Positions 62,586 to 64,000 of a DNA stretch of 64,000 nt are shown piece by piece. Position numbers and translations under genes: made by a program. The first letter of the stretch is position 1. Each line of letters begins with the position of its first letter. The notes below the pieces were generated by a model that worked only from the letters and a program-made list of their open reading frames with translations, was not told where the DNA came from and ran no database searches. Source of the DNA: Hyphomicrobiaceae bacterium (GTDB lineage: Bacteria > Pseudomonadota > Alphaproteobacteria > Rhizobiales > Hyphomicrobiaceae); NCBI GenBank assembly GCA_051009975.1, contig JBPCWA010000510.1, positions 3,158 through 67,157 of the forward strand. Reading direction: 5' to 3'.

Positions 62586-64000
62586 TCACTCGTTTCGATT
62601 CAGCCGTACAGTGACACGATCCGTACGTCCGCTTGCATCAATCATGGTCAATCTGACAAAGCCTTCGCGATGCGCGCTCCAAAGATAATGCCGAAGGTGA
62701 ATTGCGGTCGCTATTGGCGCCCCGTCTGCCAGCCAGGTGAACGGCAACGCGCCGCCACTCACTTTCAAGAGAAGCGATTGATCCAGTCCCCCAATGTCGA
62801 CCTCGGATCGATCAGGTGGAAACACAATCCGAGGAGGTTGGTCCAGAAAGATGCCGGCAGCGCTTATTCGGGCGTCTCGAGAGAATCGCCGCAATGCGGC
62901 GGGAAGATGGTCACCTGTCCGAACGAAAGCGGCCTTCGGACGCTTCTGCAGCGGGGCTCGATTGCGGCTCAATCGTGCAAACGCGTCGAACAGCAGAGGC
63001 CCAGCTGCAGTTCGTCCCAAGAGACCCGGTGTCGACGACGAGTCTGGTCTGCCAACCCAAACGACGACGGTATGTTTGCCGTCGAAGCCCGCGGCCCATG
63101 CGTCTCTATGACCATAGGACGTGCCAGTCTTAAACGCGATTGTACCGCCTTTCGCATCTGGCGGCGGCGGTGCGTCCTTCAGTATGTCACTGACGTAGTA
63201 GGCGGCAACGTTTGTTAGTAGGCGTTTCTCAGTCTTGTGCAGCGACCCAAGTGATCGCTTGCTCGCTTTCCGCAAGACGCGAAGCCTGACTGGGCGACCG
63301 CCACGCGCTAGCGCGGCATAGAGTTTGGCTAATTCATCCAGGCGAATCCCAATTCCGCCAAGTGCTATTGCGAGAGACGGTTCAGAATGGAGCGGGAGTT
63401 TGGTGCTGATGTTTGTACGGCGCAGGCGCCCAATGAAGCGACCAGGTCCGACGGCATCCAGTAACTTTACCGCTGGAATGTTTAGGGAGTGCGCGAGTGC
63501 GTCCCTGACGGTAATCGTTCCGCGATATCTCTTGTCAAAATTCTTGGGTGAGTATGTACCGAATCGTGATGGATTGTCGTCGATCAGCATTTCTGGATGA
63601 GCAAGGCCGCGCTCGAACGCTAGACCGTAGATGATCGGCTTCAAAGTGGATCCCGGAGACCGTATCGCTCGTGTCATGTCGATTGACCCGAACCGCCGAT
63701 TATCAAAGAAACCCGCTGACCCAATCCGAGCAAGAACTTCTCCGGTAGTGTGATCGACGACAATCATCGCAGCCGAGAGTCGCTCTCCAAGTGCGCCAAT
63801 GCGCTTGGAGACCAGCTCTTCCAACTCCCGTTGGATCCGCTTATCGATCGTTGTGCGATGGATGGACTTCCGCGGTGCATCATTTCTGACCCGGTCTGCA
63901 AGGTGCGGCGCCAGTATTGGCAGCCGCCGGCGATGATCGGGAACCGGTTCGGCATTTGCGCGGTCGCGCTCCGCCGCTGAGATTGTGCCGGCCTGAACCG
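62586..64000 (-). CDS. pbpC: penicillin-binding protein 1C, C-terminal part (transpeptidase plus PbpC C-terminal domain); the 5' end lies outside the window
   Basis: I checked that the frame stays open from 63824 to the window edge (...LPILAPHLADRVRNDAPRKSIHRTTIDKRIQRELEEL...). Transpeptidase SxxK motif RSPGSTLKP. The C-terminal beta-domain ends ...VTVRLNRNE. Confidence 0.85.
   Translation of the reverse strand, partial: VQAGTISAAERDRANAEPVPDHRRRLPILAPHLADRVRNDAPRKSIHRTTIDKRIQRELEELVSKRIGALGERLSAAMIVVDHTTGEVLARIGSAGFFDNRRFGSIDMTRAIRSPGSTLKPIIYGLAFERGLAHPEMLIDDNPSRFGTYSPKNFDKRYRGTITVRDALAHSLNIPAVKLLDAVGPGRFIGRLRRTNISTKLPLHSEPSLAIALGGIGIRLDELAKLYAALARGGRPVRLRVLRKASKRSLGSLHKTEKRLLTNVAAYYVSDILKDAPPPPDAKGGTIAFKTGTSYGHRDAWAAGFDGKHTVVVWVGRPDSSSTPGLLGRTAAGPLLFDAFARLSRNRAPLQKRPKAAFVRTGDHLPAALRRFSRDARISAAGIFLDQPPRIVFPPDRSEVDIGGLDQSLLLKVSGGALPFTWLADGAPIATAIHLRHYLWSAHREGFVRLTMIDASGRTDRVTVRLNRNE

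Overview
This 64-kb window is a gene-dense chromosomal segment from an alphaproteobacterium. Gene content and synteny look Hyphomicrobiales-like, and GC is mid-50s % by eye. Most of it is housekeeping: argG, a folB-folK-DHPS-FolM-like operon, hemW, rdgB, rph, hrcA-grpE, alkB, dnaK-dnaJ, pyrF, trmD-rplS, map, trxB, leuC, metZ, ggt, a long dCTP deaminase, dapE, dapD, argH, lysA, a TIGR02302-type membrane protein and a partial pbpC. I saw no rRNA, tRNA, CRISPR array, transposase, integrase or phage genes. Several things deserve a second look. (1) A four-gene bufferin-type RiPP operon (DUF2282 precursor, DUF692/MNIO enzyme, DUF2063 partner, DoxX) lies at 30.2-32.9 kb. (2) A three-gene transglutaminase / circularly permuted ATP-grasp + alpha-E / transglutaminase cluster lies at 35.7-43.1 kb. 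Its biochemistry has been predicted but, as far as I know, never established, and its first spacer holds an 8-copy 14-bp tandem repeat. (3) A roughly 2-kb gene-poor gap at 6.2-8.2 kb holds seven exactly 30-bp-phased iteron-like repeats, a decayed continuation of the same motif, and an AT-rich block. (4) Short intergenic tandem repeats with 12-17 bp units recur throughout the window. (5) A SAM-II riboswitch with a terminator sits ahead of metZ. (6) Ribosomal protein L19 carries a C-terminal extension of about 110 aa. All calls come from reading the ORF translations and the DNA by eye. No database search was run.
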